DNA from: a plasmid | DNA length: 64,000 nucleotides | Reading direction: 5' to 3' (one strand) | Sequence record: NZ_CP094333.1 | Shown: piece after piece, positions 50,049-59,869 of the stretch | Position numbering within the stretch: position 1 is the first letter of the stretch | How the letters are laid out: the number at the start of each line of letters is the position of its first letter | Notes under the pieces: model-generated | Told to the model about the DNA's origin: nothing | The model's database searches: none | The model's input: the letters and a program-made list of their open reading frames with translations, nothing else | Position numbers and translations under genes: made by a program

Positions 50049-51125
50049 CTAGTGCGGTGGCGGGGCAGCCAGCGTCAGTTCAAGCTGACGCAACTCCCTG
50101 ATGGCCAGTCGCTTCAGATGGTCATCGGAACAAAAATAGGCTTCATCCGGCGGCAGACGCTTCCTGAGATACTCTGCCATCTCATGAATCTGCTGGTCGG
50201 CAGGCAGTTTCTTCAGGCGTCTGGCGCGCTTACTGGCTGCCGCTTTTGCACGACGGTGTTTCAGTGCATCCTGGCTGCGCTGCAGATACCAGCGTTTTCT
50301 GGCCGCATGTACGGAGATATCTTCATCCTCACGCAGAACACCTTCCCGAATGAGCTGCTGGCGGATTTCACTTTCACGCAGTCGTTTCTGCTGCTGTTCG
50401 TGAAGTTTTACCATGTCGACGCCCAGCATCTGCCAGCCAGCCGGTGTTATCCAGACGTAACGTGGCAGACGCTGGCGGGTTTCACGGTCCCACAGGGTTT
50501 CCTCTGAAACACCCAGCACACCAAAACGTACCTGTTCGGCCAGCAAACGGGAAAGGCGGGAGACCGTCACTTCCAGTTCCGGAATAACCTTCCCCTTGCT
50601 GTCTTTCGGGCTGATTTCTCTGGCCAGACGGGAAACACTCATGCCTACGGTATGTGTGCCCGCATCACTGAAGCTGACCAGAACCGGCCAGATGGCATCG
50701 AGGAGGCGTTGTTTTTCCGGACGGAAAGCATATTTGCGACCGGCATACATTCGTTTCTGCACGTAAAAAGGATGCAGAGACATGTGCATGCGCAGGCTCT
50801 GCTCGCCGGTCACCGGGTCCTTTTTCACCAGACGGTTGTAGGCGTGCCCGAGCTGCCCGCTCAGCGCCTTATAGCGCTCAGGACGATACCAGGACGGATT
50901 TTCGCATTTGGGTTTGGTGGAGTGCTCACCGCGACGACGCTTCGTGCGCTTCCTTTCCGGTTCAACCAGGAAAGTGGTCGCCCTTCCCGCTTCATAGTCT
51001 TCCCAGAAACGGATCTGCTCTTCGGGTGCTAACTGACTCCAGTGTACTGCGTTATATGGAGTATTCTTCAGACCTGCCACAAGCTGTCGCTTATGGCGGA
51101 GCGATTGTGCCGTGTATTTATACAC
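50049..51125 (-). CDS. repZ: RepA1-family replication initiator RepZ (358 aa)
   Basis: MYKYTAQSLRHKRQLVAGLKNTPYNAVHWSQLAPEEQIRFWEDYEAGR… matches the IncI/IncFII RepA1 family. Confidence 0.85.
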   Translation of the reverse strand: MYKYTAQSLRHKRQLVAGLKNTPYNAVHWSQLAPEEQIRFWEDYEAGRATTFLVEPERKRTKRRRGEHSTKPKCENPSWYRPERYKALSGQLGHAYNRLVKKDPVTGEQSLRMHMSLHPFYVQKRMYAGRKYAFRPEKQRLLDAIWPVLVSFSDAGTHTVGMSVSRLAREISPKDSKGKVIPELEVTVSRLSRLLAEQVRFGVLGVSEETLWDRETRQRLPRYVWITPAGWQMLGVDMVKLHEQQQKRLRESEIRQQLIREGVLREDEDISVHAARKRWYLQRSQDALKHRRAKAAASKRARRLKKLPADQQIHEMAEYLRKRLPPDEAYFCSDDHLKRLAIRELRQLELTLAAPPPH

Positions 51126-51184
51126 TGCACAGGGTTGAATCTCTGGTACGGTTTCATTATACTTTACCCGTATTCTGTGAGGCC

Positions 51185-51235
51185 CCCACTATCTTTCGTC
51201 GTTCCGCCAAGTTCGTAAGAAAGATAGTGGGGGTT
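51185..51235 (+). ncRNA. inc: Inc RNA (antisense copy-number control RNA) stem-loop with conserved 5'-UUGGCG-3' loop
   Basis: Perfect inverted repeat cccccactatcttt…aaagatagtggggg with loop cgtcgttccgccaagttcgta, whose complement contains TTGGCG. Located in the repZ leader (repY) region. Confidence 0.55.
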
Positions 51236-52233
51236 TTCCTTTTATGGCTTCCGGAACATCTTCAGTCTTCTGACTTACTGCCCGTACATGCCATCTCTCC
51301 TGAATGCCTTATGGCGCATTCTGCCGTCCGGCTTTCGCCGGTTTGCTCCACAGAGTGCCACTCTCTGCACAGCTAATAACAGCCGAAATATACCCGCTTT
51401 ACGTTAATTTGAAAAGCATTACAACGATCTCTTCTCTTCCAGTGCCTCCTCACTGATACCTCTAATGAGTTAATCTTGACCTGCGTCAAAAAAATAAAAT
51501 CTATTTTTAAAAGCAGATTTTTCTGCTTTAGATCCTTCTTTTGGATTAAAAGATCGACTTTTGTTCTACTCACGATCATTTATCTTACAACCGATCCACC
51601 TAACAGAATAATATTCTGTTTTAAGACAATTAAACGATCTAAAAAACCTTTAAAAAATCATTTTGTAGATCATTTGATCGTAAATAGAATGATTTTTAGA
51701 TAATAAAACCATTTGTTACACAGCCCGCCAATTGTGTAACAACAGCCTCTACAAGAGCATATTTGTTCATATGTTCGTCAGAACTGCGGATTGTCTGGAC
51801 GAGGGTCAGACACCGTTTCGTGCATATGGACCAGCATGTTCGAACGCCACAAAGCAGAAGCATCATGCCTGGATCGCTTCGGCGCGGAGCGTTAAGTTTT
51901 GACGCTTTTTTGTATGTTTTTTAAGCGGTTAGTTGACTCGGTACGTTATACTAAGTACCCTTTACTGGTCACAGGCAAAACTGTGATCGGGCGTAGGAAC
52001 CCGCGTAGTCATCGTCGGCGCAGAAGTTAATTTCTTCATTTGGCGTCGTTTTTTGCCATACCATAAAGACAGGAACTTGTATTTCTTGTCGTCATCTATG
52101 GTAGCTCAGGCGGGGCAGGCATTAGCCTGGCCGGTTTCCGATGACGCCGGTATTCCTACCCCCGTCTGGGCTATCACCAATGAGCGTAGGAACTCGGTGA
52201 TAGCGTTTTTAGTTGTCATCGGAGACCTTTGCT

Positions 52234-52521
52234 ATGTCACCTCAAATGATACAGAAACTCCCGGCCATCACTCTGTTGGAAGGCATGTTTCCCGAGCTAT
52301 CAACAAACCAGCTTAAAGTCTGCGTTTTTTACGCAATGGGTGTTCCTTACGACGCCATTGCCCAGAACTGTCGGCTTTCTCCCGAAACGGTACGAACCTA
52401 CCTGAAGCGAAGCCTGAAGAATTTAAATCTGGAAGGATATGATGCACTTCGCTCTGCTGTGCTGATGCGAACTTTCGTTTTCATGATTAGCAATACAGCT
52501 AAAGAAAACGAAAAAATGTGA
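52234..52521 (+). CDS. LuxR/GerE-type HTH regulator (about 95 aa), traA-like position
   Basis: …QLKVCVFYAMGVPYDAIAQNCRLSPETVRTYLKRSLKNLNLEG…. Confidence 0.5.
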   Translation: MSPQMIQKLPAITLLEGMFPELSTNQLKVCVFYAMGVPYDAIAQNCRLSPETVRTYLKRSLKNLNLEGYDALRSAVLMRTFVFMISNTAKENEKM

Positions 52522-52941
52522 ACAGGTGTCCCCATTAAAGGGGACACTTTCATGGAAATTGCATTTTGCACTTTACAGGCGATCCCAAATTGATAAACAT
52601 AAACACCAAGCACAAGTTACTTTAATAAAGCAAATCACTTCAGACGGTGTCCCAGTTATTTGTATCTGGCTCATGCCCGATATATGGCGACCTTACTCTG
52701 AACTGATGTGCTGATGTTTTATTTCGCGTATCACAATACTGTGCCACTGTATTGCTGATATTAGTGCTTAGCCGTTCTTTATCTGTGAGTTCGCCAAATC
52801 ACCGATACAGAACGTACTAGAGTCTGCTGGTTATATGCCTGTCAGAACTGCAGTTTCTCCAGATACGGGCTGGATACTGCTTCAGACATATGATTTAGCA
52901 TATTCGCCTGACATCGCAAAATCGTCCATCATGGATCGGTT

Positions 52942-53496
52942 TTGCGCGGAGCGTTGAACTTCGTGAATATAGAACACCTGAATAACCGGAACTGGTATCT
53001 TGCGCAATATAATACAGCCGGCAAAAACAGAGAATCTTTATTCTCATGGCTGAATGAGCAAAACGTCGTACCATGGACTCCATTAATAACAAGAAAGATA
53101 AGACGGGCAGACTCCAGGTGCTGTTACCGTGAAAGAATATTCGCTATTTTTCCAGGGTACTTTTTTATTCTGGCTAATTTTGACATTCAACCAGTATCGG
53201 CATTACGTCGCCATAGCGCCTTCATTGATTTCGTGAAGTTTGGCGGTGAAATAAAACCCGTCAATAAAGATATTGTTGATGGATTAATGAAGATTTACCC
53301 GGACCCTGTGCTAAATCCGGGAGCCAGGGAAGAGCTGAATGCGGCTTCCAGCATATGGCTGACAAAAGCACAATATCAGTATCTCCTCAGAATGGAAAAT
53401 ACTCTCCAGCCTGAGTCGAGGATATCCCTGCTCCTGGAACTGGTATCAAATGCCGAACATCACGGCTTTATGGAGCGCCTTGTAAACATCCCATAG
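52942..53496 (+). CDS. NusG/RfaH-like transcription antiterminator (184 aa), traB-like
   Basis: WYLAQYNTAGKNRESLFSWLNEQNVVPWTPLITRKI…ERIFAIFPGYFFILANFDIQ…IDFVKFGGEIKPV parallels RfaH (WYLLYCKRGQ…PNYLFVEFD…VRFG). Confidence 0.6.
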   Translation: MRGALNFVNIEHLNNRNWYLAQYNTAGKNRESLFSWLNEQNVVPWTPLITRKIRRADSRCCYRERIFAIFPGYFFILANFDIQPVSALRRHSAFIDFVKFGGEIKPVNKDIVDGLMKIYPDPVLNPGAREELNAASSIWLTKAQYQYLLRMENTLQPESRISLLLELVSNAEHHGFMERLVNIP

Positions 53497-53749
53497 CCAG
53501 TATTTCCCGGCCTTCGGGCCGGGCTTTTTTCAATTCAAGAGAATATTCTGGAGTGAAGCCTGCACGGAGCCATCCCCACCATGGACTCCCCCTGTCTTTT
53601 GATGGAACCGTGTATTTCTTAATGGCGAAAGAAATAAAAGGCTTCACCCCAGAGTATTGATTCGTTTTATCAAAGGCCGGCCCGTGCCATCACGTGTGGC
53701 GGAGAGAACGGATACCGGTCTTCTTTTCATCTCACAGTAGGACATTCGC

Positions 53750-54433
53750 ATGACCACGACAGAACATCCCGTGCGCCAGTTGCTCTGGTGTGCACTGAAT
53801 GCCCTGAAAACGGCACAGGAAAACCACAATATAACCAGTGAAACCGGATTACGGCATTACCTGCTTGAATGGCTTTCTGGTGCCAGCAGACATCCTGAGT
53901 TCCGTAGTCTCCCTGGCGAAATCATGGCGTTAAAAGCATTGACCGAAAAAGATCGCAATATTCCCATCATCGGAACGCTGAATACGCTCTTTCTCAGCTC
54001 TGCCACTGTCGGGGAATGTCCGTTGTTTCGTTTTCGGGCTGCACTGGGTAAATTACAGAAAGCAGGCTGGCGCACATATGTCTGCCCATGGCCTGAGAGG
54101 GTGTTCAATGAATCCATTGAACGGGCCTGTTCCGGGAAACGTCATCTGCTACAACTAAGTCGCACCGAAGAGTGTTTTCTACCGACAGGCGATATGAGGG
54201 CACCAGTTACGTTGCAGCTGATCACTCCACTACACCGCAAAACTATGCAGCTTCTGGAAACGGCAGAGTTAATATTCTCCGACGAAGGATTTCAGGTGGT
54301 GAGAGGATACGAACATCAATTCGGGATCGAACGCAGAGAAACCCTCTTTCACACCCTATTTATCGGGCTGCCCAGCCTGCCAGAAGATGTCTGGGGTGCA
54401 ACACAGGAGCAGACGACTATCACATTACACTGA
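53750..54433 (+). CDS. hypothetical protein (227 aa), traC-like position
   Basis: Clean ORF with no motif. Confidence 0.4.
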   Translation: MTTTEHPVRQLLWCALNALKTAQENHNITSETGLRHYLLEWLSGASRHPEFRSLPGEIMALKALTEKDRNIPIIGTLNTLFLSSATVGECPLFRFRAALGKLQKAGWRTYVCPWPERVFNESIERACSGKRHLLQLSRTEECFLPTGDMRAPVTLQLITPLHRKTMQLLETAELIFSDEGFQVVRGYEHQFGIERRETLFHTLFIGLPSLPEDVWGATQEQTTITLH

Positions 54434-54605
54434 GGATGTGTAATCCCCGGCATACCCCGTTTCCAGTCTTCGCAGCCTGTACCGCCCTTCCTGCCGTTTC
54501 CGACATTCTTTCTGTCACTACTCGCTTGTGCCATTTTTTCGCAAGCGGCCCCCATCGACATGACGGTGCGAGTCTTTCTTTTTACCCTGAGAGGAAATTA
54601 ACAGC

Positions 54606-55157
54606 ATGAAAAAACAACCACTACTCTGGATGACGATAGCCGCCGCACTGCTGTCCGGCTGCACAGGCCACAGGGAACATCACCCGCAGGTGACATTCAC
54701 GGTCGATACCGTGCGAACAGACACAACGGCCAGCAACCCAATCTGCCTGGCGGAAAAATACGGAAGCCTTCTTAATGAGCGCCATCCGGACCTGTTTGCC
54801 GGTGCTCAGGGGAGTATTTCACGCAGTGCATTTTTTAATGACAGCCTGACGCTGACACCTGAAACGCTCCACGGGATGATACAGAATACGCCCTGTGTTG
54901 AATCACTGGTAACGTCCGTAGGTCCGGATACCTTCACTGCAGATGTCTCTCCCGGTGTCAGAATGCAGGTATCACCGGATATTCACGGTGCGCCCGGAAA
55001 TATCACTCTGCGACTCTCGACCACAGACCAGAAACGAAAACAGACTGTTGAACAAAGCATTTCTCTCAGACCGGAACAGTCCCTTGTCGTGAATGGATTC
55101 ACCGGAGACGGAGCTGGCGAAAAGCGCGTCGTTCTCATCACACCTCACGTGCGTTAA
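54606..55157 (+). CDS. lipoprotein (183 aa)
   Basis: Lipobox MKKQPLLWMTIAAALLSGC. Flanked on both sides by the about 100-bp near-identical repeat. Confidence 0.5.
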   Translation: MKKQPLLWMTIAAALLSGCTGHREHHPQVTFTVDTVRTDTTASNPICLAEKYGSLLNERHPDLFAGAQGSISRSAFFNDSLTLTPETLHGMIQNTPCVESLVTSVGPDTFTADVSPGVRMQVSPDIHGAPGNITLRLSTTDQKRKQTVEQSISLRPEQSLVVNGFTGDGAGEKRVVLITPHVR

Positions 55158-55691
55158 TTCCCAACACAACCCGTTTCCCGTCTTCGCAGCCTGTACCGCC
55201 CTTCCTGCCGTTTCCGACATTCTTTCTGTCACTACTCGCTTGTGCCGTTTTTTCGCAACCGGTACGTGCAGTTATGACGGTACAGCTGCTTCTTTTCCCG
55301 TTCCGGAAGGAGTCTTTGATGCCACAGCAACATCCCGGACGACTGCAAATACTGGTCGTCGACGCACACTGCAAACGCAGGCTGTTTTCAACGAAAACAC
55401 CGACAGACCCCGATGAGCTTGCCCGACGTTTCTGCACGCCGGATAACTGTCTCGTGGTGGTACTACGCGACAACCGATTTCTGTTCCGACTGGAGCGTGC
55501 TCCCGGCAGCCACTGCCGCTGGCACAAGGGCAGCAGCTCCCGCCATCAGCATCTACAGGACTGGCTGTCGTAAACACAACAAAAACAAAAGACCTCGTCA
55601 AAACAGGTGGGGGCCGTGTTCTTTTTAGTTAAATTAACCATCGCGATTGCGATTGTCTGTGTACACCTTTTAACGATTTTAATTTAGCCGT

Positions 55692-56045
55692 TTGTTGCCA
55701 TCTTTATTTTCTTTATTACCTCTCTCCCTTTTATCATGGAGATTAACGATGTTTACCATGTTCTTTCTAGTTAAATTAACCATCGCGATTGTGATTGTCT
55801 GTGGAATCCTTTCTCCGATTTTAGCTTCACCACATAACAAACTGTCCACACTTTTTTGGAAGATACCAAACGCGTTCTGGATTTTCCTGATTTGCATATA
55901 CTTTGCAATCGCCATGGCGGTGTTAATAGAAAGCAGTGAACAGACACGCATCCGCCGCCAACAATATTTCCAACAGTACGAAGTGCCAAATGAGACACAT
56001 AAAAATGTGGTGATAGAAAACAGTATTAAAAGTCAACTAATATGA
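55692..56045 (+). CDS. small integral membrane protein (117 aa), pilJ-like position
   Basis: Two hydrophobic helices. Overlaps the next gene start. Confidence 0.35.
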   Translation: MLPSLFSLLPLSLLSWRLTMFTMFFLVKLTIAIVIVCGILSPILASPHNKLSTLFWKIPNAFWIFLICIYFAIAMAVLIESSEQTRIRRQQYFQQYEVPNETHKNVVIENSIKSQLI

Positions 56046-56635
56046 AAAATAATAACGTACCATTATATCTATGGTTGCTTTGGTGTACGCTTTGTCTGTA
56101 CATCACTACCCCATGGCAATACTTACGTTATCCATACACTGACAACTTATCATTGCCTTATATGTTATATTTCTGTGTGGTGGTTGTGATTTGCATTTTC
56201 CCACTACTTTTCAGATGTGTACTTCTTATTGTAAGGTCTGCATCTAAATACGACTTCACATTCTTTGTGAAGAAGAAAAAGGGAAGCAAGAAATCAACTA
56301 TACATCTTAGCCCCTATGCTGACACACGTTGCCCGAAGTCAATGAGGAAACACTGGGATGTATTGCTTTCTCTGATATCAAAAGCAATTAATAATGATGA
56401 AATCATTGTCATGCATTCACATCTCTTTACTCCAGCAAGAATAAATAAACTTATAAAGAGACTGGAATCTTATGATTTGAGTTTTTCAGTTATTACATAC
56501 CCACGGAAAACAAGTCTGTACGAAAAATTATCAATTCCTTTTATATATCTCTTATTTCAGTGGTCTTTCCCGCATTTGCATTCGGACGGAATGACAGTCG
56601 TCATTCGTCCTCTCCAGCCGCCTCACACCAATTAA
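56042..56635 (+). CDS. pilK: thin-pilus protein PilK-like (197 aa)
   Basis: Size and position match R64 pilK. Membrane N-terminus. Confidence 0.45.
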   Translation: MKNNNVPLYLWLLWCTLCLYITTPWQYLRYPYTDNLSLPYMLYFCVVVVICIFPLLFRCVLLIVRSASKYDFTFFVKKKKGSKKSTIHLSPYADTRCPKSMRKHWDVLLSLISKAINNDEIIVMHSHLFTPARINKLIKRLESYDLSFSVITYPRKTSLYEKLSIPFIYLLFQWSFPHLHSDGMTVVIRPLQPPHTN

Positions 56636-56668
56636 CAAACACGTATATACGAACACGGAGTCTCCGTT

Positions 56669-57736
56669 ATGAAAAAAAACTGTCTGACACTTATACTGCC
56701 GTCATTATTGTCCGGCTGTGCCGGAATTTCCGGCAGCAATAACGTGGCACCATCAGATACGCCTGCTCTGGTTTTTGTTGACGGACAAATCAGTGAAAGT
56801 GCTGGCGTTCTGGCACTTACGCAACAACGTCTTTCTCCACCTAAAATAACTCCCCCCCCGAGAGTCAGCGTGCCAGAGACAGTAAAAACAGCACAGCCTG
56901 TTAGCGAATCCCGACCGTTACCTTCACCAACAATAAGTCAGAATTTCTCCCGGTTAATCATTACAGGCAAGCCTGGTAGCGCCCCTGTAACACTATCGCC
57001 GACGGCCCGTAACCGGACCGTCAGTCAGTGGATAAAAACATTACTACCGGAAGGATGGAAATTCAGACAAGAGAATGCAGCCACGCCCAAGCTGAATACC
57101 AAACTGGTTTCATGGTCTGCCAATGATCAGTGGACCCGTTCTCTGAACCGGTTGCTGGAAGAACAACACCTCTGGGGCCATCTGGACTGGAATAATAAAA
57201 CGTTGACCGTCACAACATCAGCTGCTGCACCGGCACAGGACACGGCAACCACTATCTCGCCAGCAGCCATGGTAACCACATCCACTTACCCTGAATCTCC
57301 AACGACAGCAAATAGCCAAAACAAACCACGAAATCCATTCAGGGGAAACAGCGTATCTTCGTCAACGCCCGCCGCCACCCCGACTCCAACCGGCTCCACA
57401 GTCAAGTCTATCCCGCTCATGACCGGAACGCCTGTTAAACCGGTATCTCAGGGTAAAGAGTGGCGTGCGCCGGCAGGCACCACATTAAGAGAGAACATTA
57501 TCAAGTGGGCAGAAGAAACAAAATGCGAAAGCATGGCATCAACGCACTGGATGGTCATATGGCCACTTTCTGTAACCGATTACCGTCTGGATGCGCCTTT
57601 AATGTTCCGGGGATCATTTGAATCAGCCATGGAGCAGGTATTTGAGTTATATCGGACTGCGCAAAAACCTTTATACGCACAGGCTTCTCGCATGCAGTGC
57701 ATCATTACAGTTTCTGATACAAGGGATGGTCGCTAA
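56669..57736 (+). CDS. pilL: type IVB thin-pilus lipoprotein PilL (355 aa)
   Basis: Lipobox LLSGCAG. The size matches R64 PilL (356 aa). A proline/threonine-rich region is present. Confidence 0.65.
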   Translation: MKKNCLTLILPSLLSGCAGISGSNNVAPSDTPALVFVDGQISESAGVLALTQQRLSPPKITPPPRVSVPETVKTAQPVSESRPLPSPTISQNFSRLIITGKPGSAPVTLSPTARNRTVSQWIKTLLPEGWKFRQENAATPKLNTKLVSWSANDQWTRSLNRLLEEQHLWGHLDWNNKTLTVTTSAAAPAQDTATTISPAAMVTTSTYPESPTTANSQNKPRNPFRGNSVSSSTPAATPTPTGSTVKSIPLMTGTPVKPVSQGKEWRAPAGTTLRENIIKWAEETKCESMASTHWMVIWPLSVTDYRLDAPLMFRGSFESAMEQVFELYRTAQKPLYAQASRMQCIITVSDTRDGR

Positions 57737-58173
57737 TGGGATGGCTGGTCATGGCCGTCGGCCTGACCATTCTGATTATCACTGGTAGCTACCAGAATCA
57801 GAAGATGTCTGAAACCACAAACGCCCAGCAATATGCAAGTGCGTCTGTATGGGCAAGTCAGATACTAATGATTGCTAACAGAATCAATGATATCAGATAC
57901 GTATCAGGCCAGCAGGACGGAGTAATTTCCTCAGATAAACTGGCTCTCCCTGTCACTCCGGACTCCCGAATTAAACATCAGTTACAACAGGGGCGTCTGT
58001 GGGTATGGATGCCTGAACAACCAGGTCTTGTTGAAACTTTGCGTTCAAAAAGTCGTGGTTCTGCACTAATAGGGATCTTCCAAAACGGGCAACTCACCTG
58101 GCTATCAGGAACTGCAACCGGTCTGACACCCCCGGCAGGCATTACTGCTGGTTCTGTCGTCTACGTTAACTAA
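57736..58173 (+). CDS. pilM: PilM (145 aa)
   Basis: N-terminal TM helix. The size is identical to R64 PilM. Confidence 0.55.
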   Translation: MGWLVMAVGLTILIITGSYQNQKMSETTNAQQYASASVWASQILMIANRINDIRYVSGQQDGVISSDKLALPVTPDSRIKHQLQQGRLWVWMPEQPGLVETLRSKSRGSALIGIFQNGQLTWLSGTATGLTPPAGITAGSVVYVN

Positions 58174-58186
58174 TCTGGATATATTC

Positions 58187-59869
58187 ATGAAAAAATCACA
58201 CCAGCGTTCAATGAAGCTGGCGGTGCTCCCCTGCATGATCGCCGTCGCTCTTTCCATCTCCGGATGTACTTTCAGCGAAATCAACAAAATGCAGAAAAAA
58301 GCACAGGAAGACTCAGCACATGCACGGGAAAAGGTATCAGCCCTTTCGGCCCGTAAATCGCAGGCTCTTACCTGGCTCGATAATCAATGGATAAACCCTG
58401 TTCCGGTCGCTCAGGTATCAAGAGAGAAAAAACAAACAGCTCCGGCCTGCTACATCACGCAGGCAAGAAAAGGAGAGATCACTCTGCAGGAACTGGGGCA
58501 ACGTATTACTGCCGTATGCGGCATCCCTGTGATCATCACGCCTGACGCAGCCAATTCAACTCTTGAAGGAGGCGCTACCCGCCAGATGACAGGAACACTA
58601 CCAGCACCAGATGAAAATGGGCGTCTACCGTTAAGCAGCCTGGGCAGCACAACAATGACTACCTCCACTCAGCCATTAACGCTGAATAACCTCATGTGGC
58701 AGGGAGATATCAATGGTCTTCTGGATCTGATGGCCAGCCGGAGTGGTCTGTACTGGCGCATGGATAATGGTCGGATTGTATTCTATCTGACTGAAACCAG
58801 AACGTATCCACTTCATATGCTGAACACCAAAACCAGCAGCAGTTCCAGTGTCAGCTCTGGCTCAACAAGCACAATGGGGGCAACAGGAGGCCAGGATAAC
58901 TCAGCATCCGGTGATGCAACGTCCTCTCAGAGCACAACCGTTGGTCAGGAATACGATCTGTATGAAGACATCCGGAAAACTATTGAAGCAATGCTGACAC
59001 CAGAAAAAGGCCGTTACTGGTTATCTGCATCGAGCTCAACGCTGACTGTCACTGATACTCCAGCTGTCCAGGAAGCCGTCGCACGATATGTGGACGAACA
59101 AAACAGTATTATGAACCGCCAGGTAGCCCTGAACGTACAGGTTCTGAGCGTCAGCAATACCAGAAACGAACAGTTCGGTCTGGACTGGAACCTTGTTTAT
59201 AAATCGCTACATTCCGCCGGAGCAACGTTGAACAATGCAAGCGGAGATTTTACAGGCGCTACATCTGCAGGCGTATCAATTCTGGATACGGCAACAGGGA
59301 ATGCCGCCAAATTCAGCGGTTCCAGTCTTCTGATTAAAGCGCTGAGTGAACAGGGCGATGTCAGTGTTGTGACTTCACAAGAAAGCACTGTCACAAACCT
59401 GACGCCGGTACCTATCCAGATGGCAGATCAGACGGTTTACGTCGCCCAGTCAGCAACAACAACGACTACGGATGTAGGAGCAACAACAACATTAACGCCG
59501 GGCATGATCACCACCGGATTCAATATGACCCTGCTGCCTTTAATTCAGAAAACGGGCAATCTCCAGTTGCAGATGAATTTTAATCTGTCAGATCCCCCAA
59601 CAATCCGTAGCTTTACGTCAAAAGACGGAAACAGTTACATCGAAATGCCGTATACCAAACTGCGTTCACTGAGCCAGAAGGTCAATCTGAAAGAAGGGCA
59701 ATCACTTGTCGTTACTGGTTTCGATCAGAACAATACGACGACAAGTAAAGCCGGTACGTTTACGCCAGCAAATCCATTATTTGGTGGTTCACAAACCGGG
59801 AAAAATGAACGCAGCACGCTTGTAATCATCATTACCCCGACTTTCCCGTCAGGAGGCAACAATGGCTGA
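58187..59869 (+). CDS. pilN: PilN secretin-like outer-membrane lipoprotein (560 aa)
   Basis: Lipobox ALSISGCT and a secretin C-terminal domain (…LQMNFNLSDPP…VVTGFDQNN…LVIIITPT). The size matches R64 PilN. Confidence 0.8.
   Translation: MKKSHQRSMKLAVLPCMIAVALSISGCTFSEINKMQKKAQEDSAHAREKVSALSARKSQALTWLDNQWINPVPVAQVSREKKQTAPACYITQARKGEITLQELGQRITAVCGIPVIITPDAANSTLEGGATRQMTGTLPAPDENGRLPLSSLGSTTMTTSTQPLTLNNLMWQGDINGLLDLMASRSGLYWRMDNGRIVFYLTETRTYPLHMLNTKTSSSSSVSSGSTSTMGATGGQDNSASGDATSSQSTTVGQEYDLYEDIRKTIEAMLTPEKGRYWLSASSSTLTVTDTPAVQEAVARYVDEQNSIMNRQVALNVQVLSVSNTRNEQFGLDWNLVYKSLHSAGATLNNASGDFTGATSAGVSILDTATGNAAKFSGSSLLIKALSEQGDVSVVTSQESTVTNLTPVPIQMADQTVYVAQSATTTTTDVGATTTLTPGMITTGFNMTLLPLIQKTGNLQLQMNFNLSDPPTIRSFTSKDGNSYIEMPYTKLRSLSQKVNLKEGQSLVVTGFDQNNTTTSKAGTFTPANPLFGGSQTGKNERSTLVIIITPTFPSGGNNG

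Noticed and set aside
52053-52316. 87-aa ORF upstream of the LuxR-type regulator
   Set aside because: It overlaps the better-supported HTH gene frame and lacks an SD, so it is likely spurious.
55274-55573. 99-aa ORF between the second 100-bp repeat copy and the pilJ-like gene
   Set aside because: It partly overlaps the repeat, lacks an obvious SD and has an unusual His/Arg-rich composition. It could be pilI but is not supported well enough.
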